The notes: generated by a model from the sequence alone, not told the origin. Shown: positions 8,183-18,600, numbered from the stretch's first letter. The stretch is DNA of 22,665 bases from an uncultured bacterium (GCA_965541585.1 CBEUCH010000029.1:1-22665); one strand, 5' to 3'. Program-made: numbers and translations.

Positions 8183-8298
8183 TTCTGCGTCTTCCGATCT
8201 TCCCTTGCCGGCCGAGGAACAGTGCGGGGTCAAAAAAGACTTGACTATCTGATTATCTGCTTTTAACTTTATAATATACTCTAATTGCGGGGGCGATC

Positions 8299-11200
8299 AT
8301 GAGGCGACAAGTTTTCTTTATCCGGGCATTCATAGGCTTTATTATATCTACTTTGCCTGCCTCGGCCACCATAATCAACATCCCGGGAGATTACCCCACG
8401 ATTCAGCAGGGGATTGACGCCTCCGTTGACGGCGACACCGTATTGGTTCAGCCGGGGACTTACGCAGAGAACATCAATTTCAACGGGCACAGTATTGTGC
8501 TGGGATCGCTGTTTTTGACCACCGGAGATACATCATATATCTCATCGACTGTCATAGATCGTGGCTCACCAGGTTCGGTAGTAAAAATTGAGAATGGAGA
8601 GGACGAATCAACACAGCTTGTAGGATTCAAGATTACTAACGGAACAGCGAATGACGGCGGCGGCATATATTGCCACAGTAGCAGTGGCACAATAAGAAAT
8701 AACATTATAAAAGAAAATGGCATAGGCGGCGGTTTCGGTTACGGAGGTGGCATATACAGCAGAAATTCGAGACTTCTAATAAAAGACAACTATATTTCCA
8801 GCAATTACGCGAACGCCGATGAAGGTACTGGTGGCAGCGCTATATTTTGCCGTTATGATACAGGCACAGTCATAATCAATAATACTATTGTCGAGAACAC
8901 TATAACCAGTATCTGGGGATCTGACGGGGGAGCTATTCTGATTTACTCATCAGATTCCATAACCGTGATGAACAATACTATCAGCATGAATTTCGGGGGA
9001 GGACTGAAAATTGGTAGTTCAAACGTAGAAGTGTTAAACAATATCATCCGGGAGAACACTTTCTATGAGATAGACATTTCAGGAGGTGATGTTAACGTGA
9101 CATATTGCGACGTGCGGGGGGGGTGGCCCGGTGAGGGGAATATCGGTCTCGATCCATTATTCGTAGATTTCGAAAACGGCAATTATCAGGTATGTGCGCA
9201 ATCACCCTGCATAGATGCCGGCGATCCGGATATACTCGATCCGGACGGTACGAGATCGGATATCGGCGTATTCTATTATGATCACATCGAATGTGCTTTA
9301 GGTTATCGCTGGTATGTTGCAACATCCGGCGACGACGAGACGGGCGACGGCTCTCTGTTAAATCCATTCAGAACAATACAGCACGCCCTCAATCGATCAT
9401 TCAATAGCGATACCGTGATTGTGGAAAGCGGTACATATTCAGAGAATATTGTCATAGAAGATAAAAGCATCGTATTGACATCGAATTTCACATTTTCGGG
9501 AGACGAGGTCGACATACAGAACACGATAATTGACGGTGGATCGGTGGGCAGCGTTCTTTATCTGGAAAACTGCGGGAGCGCAATGGAAATCGCCGGGTTT
9601 ACGATAGGCAATGGTTTTTCAGACTACGGGGCGGGGCTCTACTGCTCATATTCCCCTGTAACGATAAGGGATAATATAATAAGCCAGAATTCCGCTTTTT
9701 CAGATGGCGGCGGATTATATCTGAGCCAATCAGAGGCGGTTATTATTCACAATATTATTGATGGCAATACGGCTCAGGTGTATGGGGGTGGCATTGAGTG
9801 TGAGGATTCGGATGCGACGATCCACAACAATGTAATATACGGAAACTCGGCCTACTCAAGAGGCGGAGGGCTTTCTGTTAATGGATCCAACCCGGAATTG
9901 ACCAACAATATATTATGGGAAAACGCAGCCCCGAATAACTCCCAGATTTATTCCTGGGGTTCCAGCTTCCCGGTCATTACTTTTTGCGATATCCAGGGAG
10001 GCTGGGGAGGAGAGGGTAATATTGACATTGACCCGCTGTTTAGAGATTCCGATAATGGAGACTTCCATTTGATGTCTATAGATTGCGGCGATCCCTATAC
10101 TTCACAATGTGTCGATGCGGGGCATCCGGAAACTCTCGACAGCTTTTTGGCTTGCTCCCGCGGTCTGGGAACCATCATGAGCGATATCGGTGCCTATGGC
10201 GGCGGGGATAGACACAGGACTATTATTAACATTCCGGCCGATTATCCCACCATCCAGCAGGGTATCGACGCCAGCCTCGACGGTGACACCGTTCTGGTGC
10301 AGCCGGGGACTTATTATGAGAATATTAATTTTAGCGGGCATAATATAAAACTGGCCTCGTTGTATTTCACGACCGGGGACAGTTCGTATATTTCCAATAC
10401 GATTATAGACGGCAATTCTCTGTATTCAGTGGTGAAATTCGATCATGGTGAAACAGACCAGGCCTCGCTTATCGGGTTCACAATCCAAAACGGGCAGGCA
10501 GCCAAAGGAGGCGGCATAGCCTGTTACGAATCCAATCCGACCATCAGCGATAATATAATCGTTGACAATACCGCTTACGGCTCGATCCCCTCAGCGGGCT
10601 ATGGAGGGGGCATCTATGTTGAGAATTCCGATCCAGTTATCAGCGGCAATGTGATCATCAGCAACGCAAGCATAAACGTCCATGATTGGGGAAGGGGTCT
10701 CGGGGGCGGTATCTACTGCACCGGTTCCAGTCCGGTAATAAACGGAAATATAATCATGGAAAACATCTGCACATACTCTGGATATTCCGAATATAGTACC
10801 GGAGGGGGGATTTACGGGATCGATTCTCATCTTCTCGTATCAGGAAATCTGATATATGCAAACTCTGCATATTCAGGGGCTGGTATATATTGCGACAATT
10901 CCGTCCTTGAAATTACAGGATCCACAGTGGCTTTCAATATAGGCAGCGGGATTGCCTGCTTAAATGGGTCGATCATTACCCTGCTAAATTCGATAGTATG
11001 GGGAAATCACGGGACCGGGGGAAGCCAAAACCTGTTTATATATCAAAGCCCGGAACCTCAGGTACGTTATTGTGATATCGGCGAGGGCTGGGAAGGCGAA
11101 GGGAACATCGATCAAAACCCGCTGTTTCTAAGCCCTTTGAATGGCAATTACAATATATGTTCTCAATCGCCCTGTATTGATAGCGGAGATCCGGCGTTGC

Positions 11201-12783
11201 AGGACCCTGATGGCTCTCGCAGCGATATCGGCTTCTTTTATCCGGAACATCCCGGCTGTTTCAATGGAGACAAATGGCATGTTTCGGTTTCCGGCGATGA
11301 CGAATACGGGGACGGAAGTGAATCAGATCCATTCCGAACCATACAGCACTCTCTCAATGTTGCGCTTCACGGCGATACGATCATTGTGCACAATGGCACC
11401 TATGTTGAGAATGTGATTTTCGGCGGCAAGATATTGCTGCTGGCCTCGGAATATTACTATTCTAATGATTCTCTGGATATCTATGATACGATAATTGACG
11501 GTAATCATGATACTTCAACGGTGATATTTAAATACGCCGAGGATACCACCTCGGTCATCAAAGGCTTTACCATAACAAATGCTTCTGCAACGGGTATTTG
11601 TTGTTTGACCTCAAGTCCTACGATAGTCAACAATAGGATTGTCGGCAATTCCGGATACCTGGGAGGAGGAATTTCGTGTCGTAACAGATCTAACGCCATC
11701 ATCAGAGATAACCGAATCGAAAACAATAATTGCCTTTTGGGTGGGAGCTCTTCCGGTAGCGGTGGAGGGATATTTTGCTACAGTCACTCTATTCCCAGGA
11801 TTGAAAACAATTACATTGTTGATAATATCTCCGCAAACCACGGAGGCGGAATAGCATGTTATTATATGTCGGATGCTTATATTTCCGGAAATTCAATTAT
11901 TAATAACTCCACTGACTATGCCGGGGGCGGTATCAAGTTATTCGAATCTGATCCCAGGATAACAAATAATATCATTGGAGGAAATTCGGGGCATATGGGC
12001 GGTGGCATTAATGCCTTGCACTTTGAGGGGATTTTAAGCGGCAACATAATTCACAGTAATTATGCTGCGGTCGACGGGGGAGGAATGTGGTTCGGGGGTA
12101 ATGCCGTGCCTGAGTTAGCCAACAATACCTTCTATGGAAATGAAGCGAATAGATGGGGTGGAGCAGTATACTGCTATTATGGAAGTCCAGGTTTTGTCAA
12201 TACGATATTCTGGGCCGATTCTGCCCCCGGTGGCGGCCGTGAAATATATGGGCCCGTTACTGCTACGTATAGCGACATCGCAGGAGGGTATGAGGGCCAA
12301 GGCAATATAGACTGCGATCCGGAATTCTGCGATCCCATAAATGGGGACTTCCGTCTGGGGGATAATTCTTGCTGTATCGGCGCGGGCGAAGGCGGTGTCG
12401 ATATCGGCGCGCTTGGCGCCGGATGCGAGCCGTGCGCCTATACACCGGGCGATTGCGACCACAACGGTATCCCCCTCGAACTGGCCGATGTTATGGCGAT
12501 GATAGGAATGTATAGAAATATGGTTGAACCATTTTACACCTGCTATTGTCCGAATCATGGAAGCAACTTCGCCCCTGAGGCCGATCCCAACGGCAATTGC
12601 GTCGCTCTCGAGCTTGGCGACGTGGTCAGGGAGATCGGGGCCTACAGGGGATCTGCCACGGCAGAGGGTTGCATAGATTGCCCGGGATCGCTCAGAATCG
12701 CTCCCGACAAAAAAGAGAAACCGCTGATTGCGCCATCCCTGAAAGCAAAGGCGAAGATAAGTAGAAGTCAAACAGTAGAATAA
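8299..12783 (+). CDS. Large multi-module beta-helix surface protein with a C-terminal dockerin-like domain
   Basis: Signal peptide ending ASA. Four beta-helix modules in A-B-A-B order: A begins TIINIP(G/A)DYPTIQQGID, B begins W(Y/H)VxxSGDDExGDGSxxxPFRTIQH. Each closes with a GNIxxxP..F cap. C-terminal YTPGDCDHNG...ADPNGNC...YRG...CPGS. Confidence 0.88.
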   Translation: MRRQVFFIRAFIGFIISTLPASATIINIPGDYPTIQQGIDASVDGDTVLVQPGTYAENINFNGHSIVLGSLFLTTGDTSYISSTVIDRGSPGSVVKIENGEDESTQLVGFKITNGTANDGGGIYCHSSSGTIRNNIIKENGIGGGFGYGGGIYSRNSRLLIKDNYISSNYANADEGTGGSAIFCRYDTGTVIINNTIVENTITSIWGSDGGAILIYSSDSITVMNNTISMNFGGGLKIGSSNVEVLNNIIRENTFYEIDISGGDVNVTYCDVRGGWPGEGNIGLDPLFVDFENGNYQVCAQSPCIDAGDPDILDPDGTRSDIGVFYYDHIECALGYRWYVATSGDDETGDGSLLNPFRTIQHALNRSFNSDTVIVESGTYSENIVIEDKSIVLTSNFTFSGDEVDIQNTIIDGGSVGSVLYLENCGSAMEIAGFTIGNGFSDYGAGLYCSYSPVTIRDNIISQNSAFSDGGGLYLSQSEAVIIHNIIDGNTAQVYGGGIECEDSDATIHNNVIYGNSAYSRGGGLSVNGSNPELTNNILWENAAPNNSQIYSWGSSFPVITFCDIQGGWGGEGNIDIDPLFRDSDNGDFHLMSIDCGDPYTSQCVDAGHPETLDSFLACSRGLGTIMSDIGAYGGGDRHRTIINIPADYPTIQQGIDASLDGDTVLVQPGTYYENINFSGHNIKLASLYFTTGDSSYISNTIIDGNSLYSVVKFDHGETDQASLIGFTIQNGQAAKGGGIACYESNPTISDNIIVDNTAYGSIPSAGYGGGIYVENSDPVISGNVIISNASINVHDWGRGLGGGIYCTGSSPVINGNIIMENICTYSGYSEYSTGGGIYGIDSHLLVSGNLIYANSAYSGAGIYCDNSVLEITGSTVAFNIGSGIACLNGSIITLLNSIVWGNHGTGGSQNLFIYQSPEPQVRYCDIGEGWEGEGNIDQNPLFLSPLNGNYNICSQSPCIDSGDPALQDPDGSRSDIGFFYPEHPGCFNGDKWHVSVSGDDEYGDGSESDPFRTIQHSLNVALHGDTIIVHNGTYVENVIFGGKILLLASEYYYSNDSLDIYDTIIDGNHDTSTVIFKYAEDTTSVIKGFTITNASATGICCLTSSPTIVNNRIVGNSGYLGGGISCRNRSNAIIRDNRIENNNCLLGGSSSGSGGGIFCYSHSIPRIENNYIVDNISANHGGGIACYYMSDAYISGNSIINNSTDYAGGGIKLFESDPRITNNIIGGNSGHMGGGINALHFEGILSGNIIHSNYAAVDGGGMWFGGNAVPELANNTFYGNEANRWGGAVYCYYGSPGFVNTIFWADSAPGGGREIYGPVTATYSDIAGGYEGQGNIDCDPEFCDPINGDFRLGDNSCCIGAGEGGVDIGALGAGCEPCAYTPGDCDHNGIPLELADVMAMIGMYRNMVEPFYTCYCPNHGSNFAPEADPNGNCVALELGDVVREIGAYRGSATAEGCIDCPGSLRIAPDKKEKPLIAPSLKAKAKISRSQTVE

Positions 12784-12830
12784 ACCGGACCATTTTCCCC
12801 GCATCTCTAATATACATACCCAGAAAAAGC

Positions 12831-12858
12831 TTGACTTTATGAGGGATTAAACTATCTA
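12831..12858 (+). promoter_or_regulatory. Putative promoter
   Basis: TTGACT-16 nt-TATCTA. Confidence 0.5.
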
Positions 12859-12983
12859 TTATTAAGGTAGTTTAGATTATTCTCCACACGTTGCTTCAAC
12901 TGTCTTGTCAATGGGAAGAGCATGTGAGAGTTATTAGTAAAACAATCATATTATTTTCAGGTTCAGCAAGGAGGCTTGTAAGC

Positions 12984-15900
12984 ATGAAACAGTGTATAAG
13001 AATTCTACTTATGGCAACGGTGCTCATATCGGGCCCGTTCTGGCTCGGCTCTACGGCATTGGCCCAGGACCCGTGTATTGCTCCGGACAATGGCAGCGGC
13101 ACGGTCGATCTTCCGGCTGATTGTCCGTATATTGCTCCTCTTGAGCCTATGTATATCATAAATGGACTGCCACCTAACACAACGATTGAGCTGCAACCAA
13201 TTCTCGAGAATTTCATCAGTGTTGTCAGGAATCCGGGAGGCCCCCTAGGCGGTCAGATCCTGCAATTCGATGCGACTCTTGATCTTACTGTGTCGGGCAC
13301 CGGCGATCTTGCAGGTTTTAATCGCCATCTTTTCGTGCCGGTTTCCCTTGAGGTTCACACTGCGCCGCGTAATCCCGGCGATCCGGTACAGCTATTCCTT
13401 GCCGACATGTTTCGACTTACAGGAGAGCTATTCGGCGATCCCGATTTCTGCACGTTCCGGGTCAGGGGGGGTACCGACCATGGTCTGCCGAGCCCGGGCC
13501 AAATGACTTTGACCGATCTTAGCGACGGGACTTTCAATGTCGATAGCTTTTTTGATGTCTCCTATGAGATAGAGTTTGAAGGTTGCCCCGGGTCTATACT
13601 GGAAGATATGAATGGAACAACGGAAGCTACGGTCCTGTTGAAACAGGGTAGCGGCGAAATCCCGGCCTTAGGCGCGTGTTGTAAACCTGACGGTTCATGT
13701 CTTGTATTAACGGATATTTCTTGTCAGAGTATCGGCGGTACTTATTTTGGCGACGACTCCGAATGCTCAAGCGATGGCGACGGTGACGGTTACGATGACT
13801 TATGTTATCCCCAGGGTACTTGCCTGGCGCCGGATAATGGCAGCGGCACGGTCGATCTTCCGGCCGACTGTCCATATACCGCCCCTGATGGACCGATGCA
13901 AATCATTAACGGGCTGCCGCCGGGAACGACGATTGAGTTGGATCCTATTTTCAAGGATTTCATCAATGTTGTCAGGAACCCGGGAGGCCCGTTGGGCGGT
14001 CAGATCCTGCAATTCGATGCGACTCTTGAACTCGATGTGACGGGTACCGGGGATCTCAACGGTTTCAGCCGCTACCTTGCGGTGCCAATTTCATGCGAGG
14101 TTCATACCGGACCTCGAAATCCGGGTGATCCTGTGCAGACGTTTCCGTCCGTGATGTTTCGGTTTGAAGGTGAACTATTCGGCGATCCCGATTTCTGTGT
14201 GTTCCGGATTTGGGCAGGCGATGATTTTAGCCTCCCGAGTCCCGGTTATTTCACATTGACCGAGCTGCCCGGAGACCAGTTCAATGTCGACAGCTTCTTT
14301 GACGTTATCTATCAGATTGAGTTTGAAGGCTGCCCCGGTTCGGTTCTGGACGGTTATGCGGGCACCACGACCGGTGCTACACGTCTGAAGCAAGGATCAG
14401 GTGATGCCCAGACTCCTCCGGTTGGGGCCTGCTGCGGGCTTGATGGTCTATGCGGAGTAACAACAGAAACATTCTGCAGCAATTTGGGCGGTACGTATTT
14501 CGGAGATGACACCGAATGTTCCGGCGACGGCGATGGTGACGGCTACGATGACTTATGCTTTCCGCAAGGTACCTGTTTGGCCCCCGACGACGGCAGCGGC
14601 ACGGTCGAGCTTCCGGCCGACTGTCGATATACTGCTCCCTACGAACCGATGCTTATCGTTAACGGTTTGCCTCCTAATACGACTATTGAACTGGAACCTA
14701 TCCTTATGGATTTTAATTGCGACGATCCGCATGTGCTTTGCTCAATGCCGTTATCACCGGGGGAATGCGAGACTCCGGGTGGCTCGATGGGTGGTCACGG
14801 TCATTGCTTTGAAGCGACGCTTGATCTTACTGTGACCGGCACCGGCGATCTCGCGGGCTTTAATCGCCACCTGGCGGTACCGATAATGTGTGAGGCTCAT
14901 ACCGGCCCTCGGAATCCCGGTGATCCGATACAGTCATTTGCCACCGACATGTATCGGCTCTCCGGCGAGCTTTTCGGCGATCCTGATTTCTGTACATTCA
15001 GGATTACGGGAGGAACAGACTTCGGCCTGCCGAGTCCCGGTCAGGCTACCCTGGAGGAATTGGGCGGGGGCCTTTACAATGTAGACAGCTTTTTTGACGT
15101 CATATATCAGATCGAATTTGAGGGTTGTCCCGGGTCGGTTCTGGATGGTTATAGTGGAACCACCACTGCTATGGTTCGCTTGAAGCAGGGTAGCGCCGAG
15201 GGCTCTGTTACCGGCGCCTGCTGCAGAACTGATAATACATGCCTGGTGGCATCGGAGTCGTATTGCCAGACCATTGGCGGTACGTATTTCGGTGATGACT
15301 CCGAATGTCTGGGCGATGACGATGGAGACGGTTATGATAATCTCTGTTTTGAGCCTGGCACCTGTCTGGCTCCGGACAACGGCAGCGGCACTGTTGATCT
15401 TCCTGCTGACTGTCCATATACCGCCCCTGATGAACCGATGCAGATCATTAACGGGCTGCCGCCTGAAACGACGATCGAGCTGGATCCTATTTTCACGGAT
15501 TTCTTTTGCAGTGAGCAGACAGATTGCTCATTGGCGATGCCGCAGGGTAAATGTGAAGATGCCGGTGGCTCACTTGGGGGCCATTATCATTGTTTCGAGG
15601 GCGCTCTATATCTGGATGTTTCGGGGACGGGCTCTCTCGAGGGATTCAACCGCTACCTGGCGGTGCCGATTTCGTGCGAGGTTCATACCGGCCCTCGAAA
15701 TCCCGGCGATCCTATACAGTCATTCCCCACTGACATGTATCGGTTTTCCGGCCAGCTATTCGGCGATCCCGATTTCTGTACGTTCAGGATAACCGCTGGC
15801 ACAGACTACGGCCTGCCGAGCCCTGGTCAAGCAACGCTGACTGATCTTGGCGATGGGAATTTCAATGTCGATAGCTTCTTTGATGTCACCTATCAAATTG

Positions 15901-16109
15901 AGTTTGAGGGCTGCCCCGGCTCGGTTTTAGATGGATACGCGGGCACTACCACTGCCACAGTCCGTTTGAAACAGGGCGTAGAAGCGGCTCCGCAAGAGAT
16001 ACCCACGCTCTCCCAGTGGGGGATGCTGATATTGGCGTTCATATTGTTAGCTTTCGGGACGGTTGCGGTAATTCGCAGAAGGAAGGTCGAATTACGCAAG
16101 GTTGCCTGA
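12984..16109 (+). CDS. IPTL-CTERM protein with four ~190-205-aa 'DSFFDV' domains separated by three GACC Cys-rich modules
   Basis: ATG 12984 after AGGAGG (12969-12974) and a signal peptide ending ALA. Repeats CxAPDxGSGTVxLPADC...FGDPDFC...VDSFFDVxYxIEFEGCPGS...LKQG start near 13074, 13821, 14574 and 15363. C-terminal IPTLSQWG + TM + RRRK. Confidence 0.88.
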   Translation: MKQCIRILLMATVLISGPFWLGSTALAQDPCIAPDNGSGTVDLPADCPYIAPLEPMYIINGLPPNTTIELQPILENFISVVRNPGGPLGGQILQFDATLDLTVSGTGDLAGFNRHLFVPVSLEVHTAPRNPGDPVQLFLADMFRLTGELFGDPDFCTFRVRGGTDHGLPSPGQMTLTDLSDGTFNVDSFFDVSYEIEFEGCPGSILEDMNGTTEATVLLKQGSGEIPALGACCKPDGSCLVLTDISCQSIGGTYFGDDSECSSDGDGDGYDDLCYPQGTCLAPDNGSGTVDLPADCPYTAPDGPMQIINGLPPGTTIELDPIFKDFINVVRNPGGPLGGQILQFDATLELDVTGTGDLNGFSRYLAVPISCEVHTGPRNPGDPVQTFPSVMFRFEGELFGDPDFCVFRIWAGDDFSLPSPGYFTLTELPGDQFNVDSFFDVIYQIEFEGCPGSVLDGYAGTTTGATRLKQGSGDAQTPPVGACCGLDGLCGVTTETFCSNLGGTYFGDDTECSGDGDGDGYDDLCFPQGTCLAPDDGSGTVELPADCRYTAPYEPMLIVNGLPPNTTIELEPILMDFNCDDPHVLCSMPLSPGECETPGGSMGGHGHCFEATLDLTVTGTGDLAGFNRHLAVPIMCEAHTGPRNPGDPIQSFATDMYRLSGELFGDPDFCTFRITGGTDFGLPSPGQATLEELGGGLYNVDSFFDVIYQIEFEGCPGSVLDGYSGTTTAMVRLKQGSAEGSVTGACCRTDNTCLVASESYCQTIGGTYFGDDSECLGDDDGDGYDNLCFEPGTCLAPDNGSGTVDLPADCPYTAPDEPMQIINGLPPETTIELDPIFTDFFCSEQTDCSLAMPQGKCEDAGGSLGGHYHCFEGALYLDVSGTGSLEGFNRYLAVPISCEVHTGPRNPGDPIQSFPTDMYRFSGQLFGDPDFCTFRITAGTDYGLPSPGQATLTDLGDGNFNVDSFFDVTYQIEFEGCPGSVLDGYAGTTTATVRLKQGVEAAPQEIPTLSQWGMLILAFILLAFGTVAVIRRRKVELRKVA

Positions 16110-16135
16110 TGGGTTAGTCATTCAGGAGAATTAGG

Positions 16136-16163
16136 AGGGGCTGTCCTTTGATAGCCCCTTTTT
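16136..16163 (+). terminator. Intrinsic terminator (IPTL-gene type)
   Basis: AGGGGCTGTC-CTTT-GATAGCCCCT-TTTT. Confidence 0.8.
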
Positions 16164-16360
16164 GCATCTGTTCGATGAGCAAATCGGATCCTGTTCCCCG
16201 AAAAGTGTTTTCATCAGAATTGATGATTTCCTTCAATCACCTGCGCGAGGCCGCCGGCGGGGCCGCAAAAAGATGAACCGCATGCGGTTTATTATTCGCT
16301 TAATCCGATTAACCTGTTGCTACAGTTTCTCTTATTCGAGCGAGCGGTTCATTATTTTCC

Positions 16361-16388
16361 TTGACATTTAGTTGTCAATATCTATCTT
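16361..16388 (+). promoter_or_regulatory. Putative promoter with an overlapping inverted repeat
   Basis: TTGACA-16 nt-TATCTT; TTGACA-N6-TGTCAA inverted repeat at 16361-16378. Confidence 0.55.
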
Positions 16389-16649
16389 AAACTTTAGCAC
16401 AAGGTTGCGGAGATTGGCTCGGCATCCTTTTGGGATTCTTCAATGGGGACAGGTGACGTTGGCCTTGCAGGTTATTTGCTCGCTACTCCCCGACATTTTT
16501 AGTGTGTCAGGCTTTCTAACGATGTTTTGGTGTAAGAAGACGACTTCAAAACTACATATTGGGAAAAGCATCATAAATGAAGGAGCGCTTGCAAGTCGCT
16601 GGATTCAAATTTCAACAATAATTTGTGCTCCAACTGCGGGGAGGAACAA

Positions 16650-18425
16650 ATGAAAAGAGTCTATTCAGTTATTTTGGCGTCGCTGTGCTTGACGGCTGTG
16701 AGTTTTGCGCAGGCGCCTCAGATTGTATCGATTACACCATTGCAAAACGAACTTAATGTGGCTTTTGATGCCGACATATCGGTGACCTTCGACATCGATA
16801 TGGATGAAACGACCATCAATAACTCCACTTTCGTGGCTAATGCCAGATCCACGGGGCCTCATTCAGGCGCGATTGCATATGATGGCCCTACCAAGACCGC
16901 AACCTTTGACGCCCTGGAGGATTTCGAAGACGGGGAGGTGGTTACCGTTGTAATCACCACGGGTGTAGAATCCTCAGGAGGGGTTCCTCTCGATAACAGC
17001 TATGTCTGGTCCTTCACTATTATTGTTGCAGATGGCTCAGGTTACTTTACCCCTCGTTCCGTCCATCCGGTAGGCAACAATCCATCGTCTGTCTTTTCCG
17101 CCGATCTTGATGGCGATGGTGATTTTGATCTCATAACTGCAGACGGAACGTCCGACAATGTTTCGGTTCTCTTAAACGACGGCGACGGCAATTTTGCCGC
17201 TCGTTCGGTCTATCTGGTTGGAGATAATCCCTGGACTGTTTACGCCGCGGATCTGGATGGGGATGGCGACATCGACCTGGCAACAGCGAATATGTCTTCC
17301 AATAACGTATCGATTCTTCCAAACAACGGCGACGGCACGTTTGACCTGCAAGTTTCCTATCCGGTCATGGCCAATCCCTGGCCTGTTTTCGCTGCAGATC
17401 TTGACGGTGACGGCGATATCGACCTTGCCACCTCAAATGCGACGTCCAATAATGTTTCGATACTATTAAACAATGGCGACGGTACATTTGCCCCGCAATG
17501 GGCGTATCCGGCAGGCCCTGTGCCGATTTCGATATTCGCCGCTGACCTCGATGGTGATGGCGACATGGACCTGGCAACAGCGAATTTCGGCGCCAACAAT
17601 GTATCTGTTTTATTAAACGATGGCGACGGCACTTTTGCCTCCCCTACGACATATCAGGTAAGTTCTTTCCCTCGCTCTGTTATTGCCGCTGACCTTGACG
17701 TTGATGGGGATCTCGATCTCGCGGTTGCAAATGGCTCATCCCATACTGTATCGATTCTCGCGAATAACGGAGATGGAACCTTTGTGGCTCAGATTACGTA
17801 TCCGGTCAATACCGCTCCGGCCTCGGTATTCGCCGCCGACCTCGACGCGGACGGCGACCTCGACCTCACGACAGCAAATGCATCTTACAACAGCGTCTCG
17901 GTTCTCTTAAACGATGGCGACGGCACATTTGCCCCGCATTCAGACTATCCGACCGGCACAACGCCATACTCGGTGTTTTCAATTGACCTTGACAATGACG
18001 GGGATCTGGATCTCGCGACCGCAAACTGGGATGATCACGATGTCTCGTTTCTGCGAGGAGGGGGCGACTGCGTATATATTCCCGGCGATTGTGATTACAA
18101 CGGCACACCGGCGGAGCTTTTCGATGTCATCACGATGGTTGGCAACTATCAGGGCAATATACCGCCGGCCTATATCTGCAATTGTGATGCTAATCCTCCG
18201 GGCGATCAGTTCGCCGCTACAGCTGATCCCAACGGTAACTGTAATGCCCTTGAGCTTGAAGACGTCGTGACCGCAGTAGGCGTTTATAGAGGCACGCTGA
18301 CAGCAGCAGGCTGCCCCGACTGTCCCGGTTCATTCAGGTTTGCCCCTGATGGTGACGAGAAACTGTTGGTTACGCCCTTATTGAAATCAGAGATTGAAAT
18401 TGGTGACGATATAATAGTAGAATAA
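16650..18425 (+). CDS. Ig-like (SbsA/Big_5-type) domain + 7 FG-GAP/VCBS repeats + dockerin-like domain
   Basis: ATG 16650 after GGAGG and a signal peptide ending SFA. Ig-like region PQIVSITP...ISVTFDIDMD...YVWSFT. Seven ~49-aa repeats ADLDGDGDxDLATAN...VSVLLNxGDGTF. C-terminal YIPGDCDYNG...ADPNGNC...CPGS. Confidence 0.9.
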   Translation: MKRVYSVILASLCLTAVSFAQAPQIVSITPLQNELNVAFDADISVTFDIDMDETTINNSTFVANARSTGPHSGAIAYDGPTKTATFDALEDFEDGEVVTVVITTGVESSGGVPLDNSYVWSFTIIVADGSGYFTPRSVHPVGNNPSSVFSADLDGDGDFDLITADGTSDNVSVLLNDGDGNFAARSVYLVGDNPWTVYAADLDGDGDIDLATANMSSNNVSILPNNGDGTFDLQVSYPVMANPWPVFAADLDGDGDIDLATSNATSNNVSILLNNGDGTFAPQWAYPAGPVPISIFAADLDGDGDMDLATANFGANNVSVLLNDGDGTFASPTTYQVSSFPRSVIAADLDVDGDLDLAVANGSSHTVSILANNGDGTFVAQITYPVNTAPASVFAADLDADGDLDLTTANASYNSVSVLLNDGDGTFAPHSDYPTGTTPYSVFSIDLDNDGDLDLATANWDDHDVSFLRGGGDCVYIPGDCDYNGTPAELFDVITMVGNYQGNIPPAYICNCDANPPGDQFAATADPNGNCNALELEDVVTAVGVYRGTLTAAGCPDCPGSFRFAPDGDEKLLVTPLLKSEIEIGDDIIVE

Positions 18426-18600
18426 TTTTATGCCAGTTATTGACACTGCAATCCTCGCCGTTCCAAACCGGGGAGTTGCACGCTAAGGAAAAGATGTTCT
18501 GGTTGGAAATAAAAGTCGGGGAGAGAATTATCAGCGTACTATCCCCGTCAAAACTAATCATGATTTTAGCCTCAAACCTGACCTCGGCAAGGAGGAGGAT

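Noticed and set aside
1939..8298. Integron attC sites between single-gene 'cassettes'
   Set aside because: The spacers hold promoters and terminators, not RYYYAAC...GTTRRRY-bounded attC folds, and there is no integron integrase.
2087..16649. Longer ORF-track starts at 2087, 12891 and 16623
   Set aside because: The downstream starts (2141, 12984, 16650) have clear RBSs and place the signal peptide at the N-terminus.
16162..16653. ORFs 16162..16371 and 16372..16653
   Set aside because: TTG starts with no RBS, overlap with promoter elements, and no recognisable protein features.
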